A model generated the notes under the pieces. The model ran no database searches. It saw nothing but the letters and a program-made list of their open reading frames with translations, and was not told where the DNA came from. From contig OZ024743.1 of NCBI GenBank assembly GCA_964016885.1, positions 353,462,001 through 353,526,000 on the forward strand: a stretch of 64,000 bases of DNA, in the 5' to 3' direction. Made by a program: the position numbers and the translations under genes. Origin of the DNA: Eledone cirrhosa (taxonomy: Eukaryota). How positions within the stretch are numbered: the stretch's first letter is position 1; each line of letters opens with the position of its first letter. Below are positions 23,393-37,459 of the stretch, one piece after another.

Positions 23393-24242
23393 AGAAAAAG
23401 TAAAAGAAAAAGAAAAAGAAAAAGAAAAAGAAAAAGAAAAAGAAAAAGAAGAGAGATGGCTTAAATGGAAAAATTCACTGGATCCAAACTCATGCCTCAA
23501 CTCGTGGAACGACGAGATATGTAAGTCATGCCCGCATAGAACTAATTATATTCTCCGTTTTTTTTTGTCGCCAATCATCCGACATCCACCATTCACCACA
23601 GATAACGTAATCCAAGACCACCGGGAAACCATCATAACTCTTTCAGAGACTGGATAACGAAACATTTCAGATTAAAAAGACTATCCTGCACAAATTAACA
23701 AGACTTATGCACGTGTGCGTGTGTGTACGTGCGTGCACATATGAAAACTTGGGCACACGTGAATTAACATACACACGCTTCGCCTTCCTGAACGAGGCTG
23801 ATGAACGAGGCGAAATCAACTCGCGGAACGACCCCGTAGAGTTTCCTTCATTGACGTGTGTATATTCCTTTGTTTGCCAATATCACGGCTTTCCGACCAT
23901 TTCACTCCCAACTATTTCCTCTATAGGTATCAAAGCGCATATTTTACTTGCTGGAAGCACATTTTCTACTGCAGATTGTTATACGTATGTTGAGAATAAC
24001 GACCGAAAAAGAAAAATGCATACTTAGAGAAGTATAGACATCTAATAGCCCATGGACATAATGGTTTTAATAAAGATGAATTTTTGTAGACACCCGGATA
24101 GCGCGAACCACAGGTTTAGAGAAAAATGTTTGCTTCATAAAATATGTGACTGACTGTTGATTATAACATACATATCAAAAAAATATATTGGTTTATACGA
24201 GCGTAGAGTATGTTTAGACTAAATTACAGCTGTAACTCATGT

Positions 24243-24314
24243 GGTCTTGTGGCGCAACGGTAGCGCGTCTGACTCCAGATCAGAAGGCTGCGTGTTCAAA
24301 TCACGTCGGGGTCA
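24243..24314 (+). tRNA. trnW: tRNA-Trp(CCA), four G-U pairs in the acceptor stem
   Basis: GGTCTTG/CGGGGTC; remainder canonical. Confidence 0.8.
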
Positions 24315-24639
24315 AATTCAGTTACTGTTTTTGAAAAGTTTACTGGTTTACTGGTTTTGAAAAATTCATTTACTGTTGATTAAAAGCCAAGACAATTTTT
24401 AGAATGTATACTGTAATATATCTAAACCCTTTTAATACCAAATCCCCCAAATTCCAACGTGGTCTACAATACAAGACAGTTTGCTTATTGAAAAACTTTC
24501 CATCGTAATTTTATTTCTAGAACTTCTGTACCATTTTGCTCCAAATATCGGCTTAATAAAGGAAGTTATATTAATTAATCTGGAAAATTCCTTTGTTAAT
24601 TCAAAAATTATTTGAAAATCGTCGTTAGTATATTTCATT

Positions 24640-25215
24640 TGACAAGATCATTCCATCTTCAACTGGCGTCAAACAGGGTGATCGATTGGATTCCCTCCTT
24701 TTCGCTGTCGGGGTGAACAGCTTTGCACTGAGCATCACCGCTACTCTCAACATCTGGTACCTGGATTATGCGACGATAGGCGGACCCACTGAGAGCGTCT
24801 GTCAGGATCTCCAATCAGTAGTTCCCGCTCTGGCTAGGATCGGCTTCGAGATCAATTCGTTCAAGTGGGAGGTCGTTAAATTCAGTTATGATTCAGAGGG
24901 CTTCGCGGCCTTCATCTCGGATCTGCAATCATCACTCCATTAGGTGCAGGTGACACCTAACTAAGAGGTCCTTATCCTCAGGTCACCGATCTTCCCACCT
25001 GCTATTTGCTCTATCCTCAGATTTAGACTACACCAGCTAGAACCCATAACGAGTAGACTGATCCTGATTGACGCTCACCCGGCATTCTTTCTCTTGAACA
25101 ACTACCTCACCATGCCGAGCGCTCTTATACACCTTCCGCAGGACTCCCTGCTACAACCAAGCACCTCTCCTCACAGATCTCGACGTCTGCACCCGATGGA
25201 CTGATAAGCCGGCGT
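24640..25215 (+). mobile_element. CRE RT fragment
   Basis: Duplicate of 21340-21910. Confidence 0.8.
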
Positions 25216-25218
25216 GAA

Positions 25219-25656
25219 AGGGATTTCTTATTATGAAAACAGTGGATGCTATGTCAGAATATTTTGTTTGCCGGATTCTAGCTAACTACAAAGTCCTCCC
25301 ATGTCCTAATTTTAGTTGCCTTTGTTGTCTCTACTGCGACTTTTTGCGCCTGCTTGTACTGCGAGTGTAATAATGTAGAATAATTTCCAAGCCAAGTTCT
25401 GTAAGACTCCATCTTTGCTTCGAAGGCATCTTTAACCTCCTGATTGAACCAGAGATCTTTTTAAAACCTGGCGCCAGCCAGAGCAACTTTCGCTCGCTGT
25501 ATTTAACACCTGAAGCAGAAAATGCCGAGCTTAACAGTCTCCACTCCGTTTCAACGTTCTCAATTTGTTCAAGTTATCTGAATTTGAATGCAATAGTACA
25601 GTATTCCTGGTCCTGACAACTTTATCAGTCAATGCATCTCACTTTATCCTGTAGGT
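25219..25656 (-). mobile_element. RTE-like fragment
   Basis: Duplicate of 21913-22350. Confidence 0.65.
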
Positions 25657-25943
25657 CGAGTTTTATTATTTCTGCTCTCTTCAATTTTGAGCTGGATATT
25701 CATATCAAGTGAGAGGCTAAGCTGTTAACTGATCACCATTTAGTTATCTTCAACTTGATGCCACCCAAAGTGAAGAAAACCTACAACGTTTTAGCCAATG
25801 ATGATTTTGTAATGTTTAAAATATTTTTCATTAAACATACACCAAACTCGCTGTTAATAGTAAAATCTGATATCTATGTGATTAGGAATCATGTTGAATT
25901 ATTAAAATCTGTGTCTGTAATTGTAAAATTTATTTATGGAATA

Positions 25944-27047
25944 TCTATAATATAAAGCTGACGGCCGTATGTATGTAACAAACTTTTCGCCAAACGGCTG
26001 GACCAAACAGCACCACATTTCCACCATAGATGTAACTTTTTCCAAGTAAAAAAGTGAGGGTATTTTTGTCTACTGAATTTTGTTAAAGATTAAAGGCATT
26101 ATTTAAATATTCACTTCTTTAAAATTTCAAATGTCAACACTTCCGGTTATACGACATTCCTCACTCTTTCTTAGTCTTTCTTTTTAGATAGATACATAGC
26201 TATGACGTCGCGCCCCTATAATATGTCTCTGTATGTCTGGCCGTCTGCATTAGATGCATAGCTATGACGTCGCACATCATTCTTCTCTTTTACTTAGTCG
26301 GTCTTTTTAGATAGATACATAGCTATAACGTCGTGCCCTTATAATATATCTCTGTATGTCTGGCTATCTGCATTAGATAACGTTTTTCGAAACATTTACT
26401 TCTGCGTTCACAGATTGATTTTTTTAGTTTCAGAAGATCCCGTTAAGGGTGAAAGCAGCGATTCTTTGCTTAAACTTTAATCTGTTATTTTAATATATAT
26501 ATTCGTGTACAGATATTTTTGCATACACAAAAACAAAATATAAACAAACCTATTTATTTCACGAAAGCACAGACGGCTTATCGTCATTGTTACTGCCGAT
26601 ATGCCACCCAAAAAGTCCCAGCCTGGCCGCAAGATCAGATTTTCCAGAAGAAAAAATGTTACTAGAGCAAGAGAGTCTGAAGATAATCATGAACGTTGCC
26701 TTCAGCAGATGAGGACTCAAGCGAGAGCCATTCGATCAGCCCAGTCTCAAGAGCATCGCCAGTCTCCTCTTCAACAACTGAGGTCCCGTACAGAAGGCAG
26801 GAGAGCAGCACAGACAGAACAAGCCAGATTGGAGCAGGTGAGTTCACAAGCTGATTGCATCCACATTGCATTACAGCAGCAGTGTCATACAGGTCCTTGC
26901 AAAACTGAGTCCGATTTTTAACTATTCAAACCCAACCTCGCTGACTTGAGAGGGTGTGCGGTATCTTTGCACTGGAGTGGAGGGGGATTCATGAAAAGAT
27001 AAAATGCCGGTATACCTAGCCGGACGCCAGCCGGACGGGACAACTAG
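25944..27047 (+). mobile_element. Internally deleted Helitron
   Basis: A|TC...CTAG|T with GC-rich subterminal region; absent from the paralogous site near 22524; ORF 26601-26921 resembles a RepHel N-terminus with charged repeats. Confidence 0.75.
26379..26495 (+). mobile_element. Penelope pLTR fragment with CAGAAGA hammerhead-like motif (26426-26476)
   Basis: Matches 15652-15770. Confidence 0.85.
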
Positions 27048-27250
27048 TATCATATAAATACAGTTTAATTGAAAAACAAAAGAATAAAAACAAAATTTAG
27101 AATGGAATTTATAATAGGAAAGTATAAAGAAAACAAACCGAAAACGGAGGGAATGGCAAGGACGTTAATGTCACAGAGCAGTTGGGAGATTGTCTCCTGA
27201 GCCTAAGGTGTGGAAGTAATGAGGCTGCACCCCGCGTAAAGAGAAAACAT

Positions 27251-27322
27251 TGACCTCGACGTGATTCGAACACGCAGCCTTCTGATCTGGAGTCAGACGC
27301 GCTACCGATGCGTCACAAGGCC
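27251..27322 (-). tRNA. trnW: tRNA-Trp(CCA), G10A/A15T, possibly pseudogene
   Basis: rc GGCCTTGTGACGCATCGGTAGCGCGTCTGACTCCAGATCAGAAGGCTGCGTGTTCGAATCACGTCGAGGTCA. Confidence 0.75.
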
Positions 27323-27677
27323 TCACCCTGAAGAGTTGTGTTTTAGTTTAAACATACTTTTCGGCCAATATATTTCTTTGACATATCATTTGTACTGATT
27401 AGCAGTCAGTCATATTTTATTAAGCTAACATTTTTCTCCTACTCATATTCAGTATAAAGACTATTTCGTAACTAAACTATAGACCAGAAGTTCTCATCCT
27501 GTGGTTCGTTCCATTCAGGTGTCTGAAAAGTTACCGTACAAAGATTTACCTTCTTTGTTAAAAATATTATGTACATATTCTCTAAGTAGGGATCTTTCTT
27601 CGTTATTTTCGTCGTATAACAATCTGAGAGGGAAAATTTAATTGTAGTAGTGACTAATAGTAAAATAAAGTTTTATT

Positions 27678-27749
27678 TAACTCTGACTTGATTCGAACAT
27701 GTAGCCTTCTGATCTGGAGGCAGACACGTTACCCTTATCGCCATACTTA
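27678..27749 (-). pseudogene. Heavily degenerate tRNA-Trp
   Basis: Paralog of 23173-23244. Confidence 0.65.
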
Positions 27750-27847
27750 CATTGCGGCCTCTTTAGTATTGTAGTCTACAATTATAATTAAGAATAGTTT
27801 ACAGCAGGGGAGTCCCAGAGAGAGAGAGAGAGAGGGAGAGAGAGAGA

Positions 27848-27899
<52 letters not shown>

Positions 27900-29476
27900 G
27901 AGATGAGAAGAAGAAGAAGAAGAAGAAGAAGAAGAAGAAGAAGAAGAAGAAGAAGAAGAAGAAGAAGAAGAAGAAGGAGGCGGAGGGAAAAGGAGAAAGA
28001 GATATGACGTGAAATAATGATAAGAACAACGAAGAAAAAGAATAAAAAAGATGACGATGATAAAAACAAAACATGAAAAAAATGAGGAAGAAGAAAAGTA
28101 TACACATAAAAACGAAATGAAATGACAGTGAGTCGACGAAGAAGAGAAGAAATCAAGAAAGAAGATAACAGAAGAGAATTAAATGGAAATAATACGACGA
28201 AGTTTCAGAAAATGAAGAAAAACGAAAACAAGAAACCTGAAAATAAACCGAAAAGGAAAGAGATGAAAGGGGAAAGAATAATAAACTAATGAAACTAAAT
28301 TTGTTTTAATTTTATTGTTTTCTTTATCCCCTTTTCACCTCCTCTCCATTCCTCTTTTGTTTATTATAATTTTCTTTTTGGTTTCAAATCTTTCACCTTT
28401 TAACATGGCAGCCTTGCCTGTTTATGTGTTTATGCGGTGCTGTCGTTTTCCTTTAACGATCAGAATTACTTCCGCTGTCATCTTGTTCTTGCTATCAATA
28501 ATTAAACGAAACGTTCTTCGATCGCTTATCGCCGGATTAAATGTTAAGGAGACGATTATCGCTTGCTGACCTTTGGCGTCGAGCGGACGTGAAAGCAAAA
28601 ACCGAACCCGAGACATGACGTCAATAAATTTTGCAGACGACCAAAAGCATCAGCAAATCGTTTCTAGAATAATCATTCGCTTGGTATATGTAATGTTTTC
28701 GCATTTGGATCAGTTACCGTAGAAAATCTGGCGTATAGCATCTGTATATGTATATAAAACTAAACTCTCCACCTCTGCTCAAGATTTCCGTGTATTCACC
28801 TTTTCATCCTCTGACACAATAACAGACACTCTACTGAAGGAAGACATAAGTATTGCCTTTTAAACTCAAATCTGTAAAATGATCTGCTGCAAACTAGTGA
28901 ACATTGCAAAAAGATATCAAATTCTTCTGACTTTTCAGATCTTTCTCACAGAAAAAGAAAACAAGACGGAAAAGAAAATAACGAAAAAGTGAAAAGAAAG
29001 AAAAAGAAAAAGAAAAAAGAAAAAGAAAAAGAAAAAGAAAAAGAAAAAGAAAAAGAAAAAGAAAAAGAAAAAGAAAAAGAAAGAGAAAAAGAAAATAAGA
29101 AAACGAAAATATAAGATATATATATATATATATATAAAAAGATTAAAATTAAAGAAGACAGCATCTGGAGCAGTCGAATTCAAAGTAACCATATCTAAAC
29201 TTAAAGGATATGCGTTGTATGTTTAACATGTAAATATATTAAGAGTATATTCCCGCCATCTTAACTCTTGTATATCAAAGAATTAACGGAGACTTTCTTC
29301 AAGGAATCTTCTCAGCTGGGATCGGTAAACTTTGACGGGTTAACTTAAACAGGAAAAGATTAATTGATACAGACACGTCATTCTCTTCTATCTTACCCCT
29401 CCTATGTAACTATGTATTTATCTACCAATCCATCAATCTATGTATGAATAAATATTGATGTGTACTTATATAATGT

Positions 29477-30058
29477 CCTTCCTCGCTGCCTCCAACACCA
29501 CACCTATATTTATATGCACACACACACAAACACACACAGACACACACACACACAAACACACACAAACACACACACACATATATATGTATATATGTATACA
29601 TAAGTATATTATAAATAAGGTTGTGGTGTTGGAGACACGGAGGAAGGTATATATACACATATATATATACCTACCCACATACATATATATAGACACACAC
29701 ACACACACACAGACACACACACGCACGCACCCACACACACACCCACACACACACACAGACACACATACACACACACACACACATATATATATATGTATAT
29801 ATGTATACATAAGTATATTATAAATAAGGTGTAGTGTTGGAGACACAGAGGAAGGTATATATACACATACATATATACCTACCCACATACATACTTATAG
29901 ACACACACACACTTACACACACACATAGACACACACATACACACACACATATATATATATATCAGTATATCATAAATAAGGTGTGGTGTTGGAGACACAG
30001 AGGAAGAGGAAATATACACATACATATATACCTACCCACATACATATATATACCTACT

Positions 30059-30089
<31 letters not shown>

Positions 30090-30107
30090 ACATACACACA
30101 CACACAC

Positions 30108-30176
<69 letters not shown>

Positions 30177-30249
30177 AGTATATTATAAATAAGGTGTGGT
30201 GTTGGAGACAGGAAGAAAGATATATATATATATATACATACACACACAC

Positions 30250-30300
<51 letters not shown>

Positions 30301-30373
30301 AGTATATTATAAATAAGGTGTGGTGTTGGAGACAGGAAGAAAGATATATATATATATACACATACACACACAC

Positions 30374-30410
<37 letters not shown>

Positions 30411-30500
30411 AGTATATTATAAATAAGGTGTGGTGTTGGAGACAGGAAGAAAGATATATATATATATATACACACATACATATATACCTACCTACCTACA
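29477..30500. repeat. Microsatellite-laced minisatellite
   Basis: Six copies of TAAATAAGGTGTGGTGTTGGAGACA-like core plus one inverted copy at 29477-29515. Confidence 0.8.
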
Positions 30501-30540
30501 CATATATAGAGATACACACACACATATATATATATATATA

Positions 30541-30630
30541 TATTCAAATGTACATAAATGTATATAAGTGTGTAGCTAATATATCTAGTAAAGCTTGCAT
30601 TGTATATATGTATATATATATAATTTATAA

Positions 30631-30670
<40 letters not shown>

Positions 30671-31305
30671 TTATAAATTATATATATATACATATATACA
30701 ATGCAAGCTTTACTAGATATATTAGCTACACACTTATATACATTTACACATACAGACATGCACACACACATACACACATACACACATACACACATGCACG
30801 CACACATACATGCACACACACATACACACATACACACGTGCACACACACATATACACATATAAATTATATATATATACATATATACAATGCAAGCTTTAC
30901 TAGATATATTAGCTACACACTTATATACATTTACACATACAGACATGCACACACACATAGACACATACACACATGCACGCACACATACATGCACACACAC
31001 ATACACACATACACACGTGCACACACACATATACACATATAAATTATATATATATACATATATACAATGCAAGCTGTACTAGATATATTAGCTACACACT
31101 TATATACATTTACACATACAGACATGCACACACACATAGACACATACACACATGCACGCACACATACATGCACACACACATACACACATACACACGTGCA
31201 CACACACATATACACATATAAATTATATATATATACATATATACAATGCAAGCTGTACTAGATATATTAGCTACACACTTATATACATTTATGTACATTT
31301 GAATA
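30541..31305. repeat. Palindromic element with tandemly amplified right arm
   Basis: TATTCAAATGTACATAAATG.../...CATTTATGTACATTTGAATA; ~180-bp repeats. Confidence 0.8.
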
Positions 31306-31444
31306 CATTAAGAATGCATACTTGCTTGAAAGTTATACATAACATGAATCATACAATACTATGACATGTGATATCACGTAGGAAACATCTCCTGTGAGAT
31401 ATGAATGACAAAGAGAATAGCACAGTGCACAAGGAAAGTTACGG

Positions 31445-31706
31445 TCTCCTCAAATACCGGTCGCTCTCCGACAGGTTTGCGGTCGTTCCCCTGGCAGTGG
31501 AGACTTCTGGTGTCCTCGGCCCCAGGGCTACCTCCTTACTCACAACCATAGGCGCTGAGCTGGCCAGCCGCAGGTGTGAGCCCCGCGAGTTGGAGTGGCT
31601 TTTCCAGCGCGTCTCCCTTGCCGTCCTCCAGGTAAACGCCTTTTCCATTCTGTCCGCCGGGCGGGGGCTGTGGGTGGGCCCCATCGCGTACCAATACATT
31701 AGTTAA
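31445..31706 (+). mobile_element. CRE 3' end fragment
   Basis: KYRSLSDRFAVVPLAVETSGVLGP...EPRELEWLFQRVSLA...NAFSILS. Confidence 0.85.
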
Positions 31707-31746
31707 ATACCATTCTTGCATCTGATTTATATATATATTATGTAGG

Positions 31747-32428
31747 TGGATTGGCAGTATCGGTAGAGGGTCGGACGCCATGCTTTCCAGCATAGTTACG
31801 TCCCTTTACGATCTGAGTTCAAATCCCGCCGACGTTGACTTTGTCTTTCATCCTTACGGGGTCCTTAAAATAAAGTACCAGTAATGCACTGGTTAATTGC
31901 TGGCCTTGTGCCAAAAGTAGAAACAATTAATTACTACTATTGCAGTATCGGTAGAGGGTCGGACGCCATGCTTTCCAGCATAGTTACGTCCCTTTACGAT
32001 CTGAGTTCAAATCCCGACGAGGTTAACTTTGCCTTTCATCCTTACAGGGTCGATAAAATAAAGTACCAGTAATACACTGGGGTAATTGCTGGCCTTGTGC
32101 CAAAAGTAGAAACAATTATTACAGATATAGTTTTGCGACACGGTGTTATTCCTGTGTTCCTATTATGGCTCCCTCTACTGCTGTCGTTATCGCTGCTATG
32201 GTTTCTATCCTGGTCACTAGTTCATCTATTAATGCTGTGGTTAGTCTCTATAATGTTGATATTGTTGATGTTATTGTTATTACTATGGATTGGCATTATT
32301 GGTAGAGGGTCGGACGCCATGCTTTCCAGCATAGTTACGTCCCTTTACGATCTGAGTTCAAATCCCGCCGAGGTTGACTTTGCCTTTCATCCTTACGGGG
32401 TCGAGAAAATAAAGTACCAGTAATACAC
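31747..32428 (+). mobile_element. Three tRNA-SINE copies (31747-31927, 31942-32120, 32286-32428)
   Basis: A box TGGCAGTATCGG, B box GTTCAAATCC, core domain, AATT tail. Confidence 0.9.
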
Positions 32429-32644
32429 TAGTACAATTATGTAAGGAGTATTTGGTAGTATCCCTTTTTCATTTTGAGTTCAAATGATATCAAAGTAGAC
32501 TTATCCTATACATTTCTTTATATTTCCCTGAAGAATCTAGAGCGTTCATTTCCAGCAACTGCACTCACCTCCTGTATAATGGCGGCCTGGTCACCATTTC
32601 AGAAATACATTTTTTATAACTAGAATCTTTTTCAACATGCTGAC

Positions 32645-35600
32645 GCGTATGCGTATATGTGTGTGCATGTGTGTATGTGTGTATGTGTGTGTGCATGTGT
32701 GTATCTGTGTATGTGTGTGTGCATGTGTGTATGTGTATATGTGTGTGTGCATGTGTGTATGTGTATATGTGTGTGTGCATGTGTGTATGTGTGTATGTGT
32801 GTGTGTATGTGTGTATGTGTGTGCATGTGTGTATGTGTGTATGTGTGTGCATGTGTGTATGTGTATATGTGTATATGTGTGTGTGCATGTGTGTATGTGT
32901 ATATGTGTGTGTGCATGTGTGTATGTGTGTATGTGTGTATGTGTGTGTGCATGTGTGTATGTGTATATGTGTGCGTGCATGTGTGTATGTGTGTATGTGT
33001 GTGTGCATGTGTGTATGTGTGTGTGTGTGCATGTGTGTATGTGTATATGTGTGTGTGCATGTGTGTATGTGTATATGTGTGTGTGTATGTGTGCTGTGTG
33101 TATGTGTGTGTGCATGTATGTGTGTGTGCATGTGTGTATGTGTATATATGTGTGTGCATGTGTGTATGTGTGTATATGTGTGTGCATGTGTGTATGTGTG
33201 TATGTGTGCGTGCATGTGTGTATGTGTGTGTGCATGTGTGTATGTGTGTGTGCATGTGTGTATCTGTGTATGTGTACGTGCATGTGTGTATGTGTGTATG
33301 TGTGTGTGCATGTGTGTATGTGTATATGTATGTGTGCATGTGTGTATGTGTGTATGTGTGTGTGCATGTGTGTATGTGTATATGTGTGTGTGCATGTGTG
33401 TTTGTGTATATGTGTGTGTGCATGTGTGTATGTGTATATGGGTTTACATGTGCGTATGTGTGTGTGCATGTGTGTATGTGTGTATGTGTGTATGTGTGTG
33501 TGCATGTGTGTATTGTGTGCATGTGTGGGTGTATGTGTGTATGTGTATATGTGTGTGTGCATGTGTGTATGTGTGTATGTGTGTGTGCATGTGTGTATGT
33601 GTATATGTGTGTGTGTATGGGTGTATGTGTATATGTGTGTGCATGTGTGTATGTGTATATGTGTGTGCATGTGTGTATGTGTATATGTGTGTGTGCATGT
33701 GTGTATGTGCATATGTGTGTGCATGTGTGTGCATGTGTATATGTGTGTACATGTGTATATGTGTATATGTGTGTGTGCATGTGTGTATGTGTATATGTGT
33801 GTACATGTGTGTATGTGTATATGTGTGTGTGCATGTGTGTATGTGTATATGTGTGTGTGCATGTGTGTATGTGTGTATGTGTGTGTGCATGTGTGTATGT
33901 GTATATGTGTGTGTGCATGTGTGTATGTGTATATGTGTGTACATGTGTGTATGTGTATATGTGTGTGTGCATGTGTGTATGTCTGTATGTGTGTGCATGT
34001 GTGTGCATGTGTGTATGTGCATGTTTGTGCATCTGTGTATGTGTATATGTGTGTGCGCATGTGTGTATATGTGTGTGTGGATGTGTGTATGTGTGTATGT
34101 GTGTGTGCATGTGTGTATGTGTGTATGTGTGTGTGCATGTGTGTATGTGTTTATGTGTGTGCATATGTGTATGTGTATATGTGTGTGCATGTGTGTGCAT
34201 GTGTATATGTGTGTGCATGTGTGTATGTGTGTATGTGTGTGCATGTGTGTATGTGTATATGTGTGTGCATGTGTGTATGTGTATATGTGTGTGCATGTGT
34301 GTATGTGTATATGAGTGTGCATGTGTGTATGTGTATATGTGAGTGCATGTGTGTATATGTGTGTGTATGTGTGTATGTGTGTATGTGTGCGTGCATGTGT
34401 GTATGTGTGTGTGCATGTGTGTATGTGTGTGTGCATGTGTGTATTTGTGTATATGTACGTGCATGTGTGTATGTGTGTATGTGTGTGTGCATGTGTGTAT
34501 CTGTGTATGTGTACGTGCATGTGTGTATGTGTGTATGTGTGTATGTGTGTGTGCATGTGTGTATGTGTATATGTATGTGTGCATGTGTGTATGTGTGTAT
34601 GTGTGTGTGCATGTGTGTATGTGTGTGTGCATGTGTGTATCTGTGTATGTCTACGTGCATGTGTGTATATGTGTGTGTGCATGTGTGTATCTGTGTATGT
34701 GTGTGTGCATGTGTTTATGTGTGTATGTGTGTGTGCATGTGTGTATTGTGTGCATGTGTGGGTGTATGTGTGCATGTGTGTATGTGTATATGTGTGTGTG
34801 CATGTGTGTATGTGTGTATGTGTGTGTGCATGTGTGTATGTGTATATGTGTGTGTGTATGGGTGTATGTGCATATGTGTGTGCATGTGTGTATGTGTATA
34901 TGTGTGTGCATGTGTGTATGTGTATATGTGTGTGTGCATGTGTGTATGTGCATATGTGTGTGCATGTGTGTGCATGTGTATATGTGTGTACATGTGTATA
35001 TGTGTATATGTGTGTGTGCATGTGTGTATGTGTATATGTGTGTACATGTGTGTATGTGTATATGTGTGTGTGCATGTGTGTATGTGTATATGTGTGTGTG
35101 CATGTGTGTATGTGTGTATGTGTGTGTGCATGTGTGTATGTGTATATGTGTGTGTGCATGTGTATATGTGTGTACATGTGTGTATGTGTATATGTGTGTG
35201 TGCATGTGTGTATGTCTGTATGTGTGTGTATGTGTGTATATGTGCATGTGTGTGCATGTGTGTATGTGCATGTTTGTGCATCTGTGTATGTGTATATGTG
35301 TGTGCGCATGTGTGTATATGTGTGTGTGGATGTGTGTATGTGTGTATGTGTGTGTGCATGTGTGTATGTGTGTATGTGTGTATGTGTGTATGTGTGTGTG
35401 CATGTGTGTATGTGTTTATGTGTGTGCATATGTGTATGTGTATATGTGTGTGCATGTGTGTGCATGTGTGTATGTGTATGTGTGTGTGTGCATATGTGTA
35501 TGTGTGTGTGCATGTGTGTATGTGTATATGTGTGTGTGCATGTGTGTATGTGTATATGTGTGTGTGCATGTGTGTCTGTGTGCATGTGTATATGTGTATA

Positions 35601-36540
35601 TGTGTGTGCATGTGTGTATGTGTGTGCATGTGTGCATGTGTGCATGTGTATATGTGTATATGTGTGTGCAAGTGTGTATGTGTATATGTGTGTGCATGTG
35701 TGCATGTGTATATGTGTGCATGTGTGTATGTGTATATGTGTGTGCATGTGTGTATGTGTATATGTGTGTGCATGTGTGTATGTGTATATGTGTGTGTGCA
35801 TGTGTATATGTGTGTGTGTGCATGTGTGTATGTGTATATGTGTGTGTGCATGTGTGTATGTGTGTGTGTGCATGTGTGTGTGTATATGTGTGTGTGCATG
35901 TGTGTATGTGTATATGTGTGTGTGCATGTGTGTCTGTGTGTATGTGTGTGTGCATGTATGTGTGCGTGCATGTGTGTATGTGTGTATGTGTGTGTGCATG
36001 TGTGTATGTGTATATGTATGTTTGCATGTGTGTATGTGTGTGTGCATGTGTGTTTGTGTATATGTGTGTGCATGTGTGCATGTGTGTATGTGTATATGTG
36101 TGTGCATATGTTCATGTGTATATGTGTGTGCATGTGTGTATTTGTATATGTGTGTGTGTATGTGTGTATGTGTGTATGTGTGTGCATGTGTGCATGTCTG
36201 CATGTGTGCAAGTGTATATGTGTGTGCATGTGTGTATGTGTATATGTGTGTGCATGTGTGCATGTGTATATGTGTGTGCATTGTGTATATGTGTGTGCAT
36301 GTGTGCATGTGTATTTGTGTGTACGTGTATATGCGTTTGTGCATGTATATATGTGTATATGTGTGTGCATGTGTGTATGTGTGTGCATGTGTGCATGAGT
36401 GCATGTGTATATGTGTGTGGTAGTGTGTATGTGTATATGTGTGTACATGTGTGCATGTGTATATGTGTGCATGTGTGTGCATGTGTATATGTGTGTGCAT
36501 GTGTGTATATGTGTACGTGTGTGCATGTGTGTTTGTGCAT
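32645..36540. repeat. (ATGTGTGTGC/ATGTGT)n simple satellite, 3.9 kb
   Basis: Direct reading. Confidence 0.95.
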
Positions 36541-36760
36541 ATATGCATATAAACGCGCAAAAATAAAAATACACACACACAGACATACCTTCATACAAAC
36601 ACACATACATTCGCACAAACACACACACACACACATATATTTACGTAAACATACACATAACAGACGCATACAATCGCACACAGCGTAGCAAATGGACCGC
36701 CAAACGCTGTTTTGCTGTATCTTTTTTCACAATTCCCTTCTTTCCATTTAAACACACATA

Positions 36761-36847
<87 letters not shown>

Positions 36848-37459
36848 TTTGTGACAGACGGAAGTCGCTCAAACTCATATATAGATAGATACATACGTCG
36901 ACCACACATACGCGCATAGATAGGTTGAGATAGAGAAATATCCATTCACATAAATATACACACACACATACATGCGCTCACTGACACATACACGTATACA
37001 CAAACGCACACACATACTGACACAAACACACACATAAACATGCACATGCAGACTCACTCACATGCATTTACACAGAGATGTGATTTTTCCAGTGTACATA
37101 GATACGCATCGTTGAATACGTATGTGTTGATGTATGTTTCTGTATATACATTTATTATTGTTGTTTAATCCCAAGTCAGCATTGATGCAATAGTACTTTC
37201 AATGATGAAAGTACTTTCAGCTTTGAACTTCACCATGTATGGTTTCTCAGACATAGTGTATATAGGACTACGTTCACTGGCAGTGTTGTTGGAATCTCTA
37301 GGATTCTCCCTACAAAAACTGGGTTGCCCAGTTGTCTCAGGTGTAGTAGAAGAGGTCGTTTCCTCTTTCTATGCATTCATGGTTATATTAAGAAAAGGTA
37401 GTGTGAATGCCCGAGTCATGGGGCTGGCCTGGTATCAGTGTTATTTAATTAACGACCGT

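Larger units (their letters stand above)
20719..27830. repeat. Tandem segmental duplication (20719-23455 / 23456-27830)
   Basis: Same order: tRNA(+), CRE RT, RTE, CRE tail, tRNA(-), degenerate tRNA(-), (GA)n. Confidence 0.85.

Noticed and set aside
23785-23825. CTGATGA-ACGAGGC-GAAA as a hammerhead
   Set aside because: No credible stem II or III; explained by a local TGAACGAGGC duplication
28400-28630. Possible host promoter (AACATGGC, TGACGTCA, CpG-richer patch)
   Set aside because: Short motifs only; no linked exon identifiable
29590-30460. Repeat-spacer pattern resembling CRISPR
   Set aside because: Spacers are TA/CA microsatellite, the context is eukaryotic and there are no cas genes
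32565-36688. Very long Cys/Val/His/Thr ORFs
   Set aside because: Stop-free translation of simple satellite in all frames
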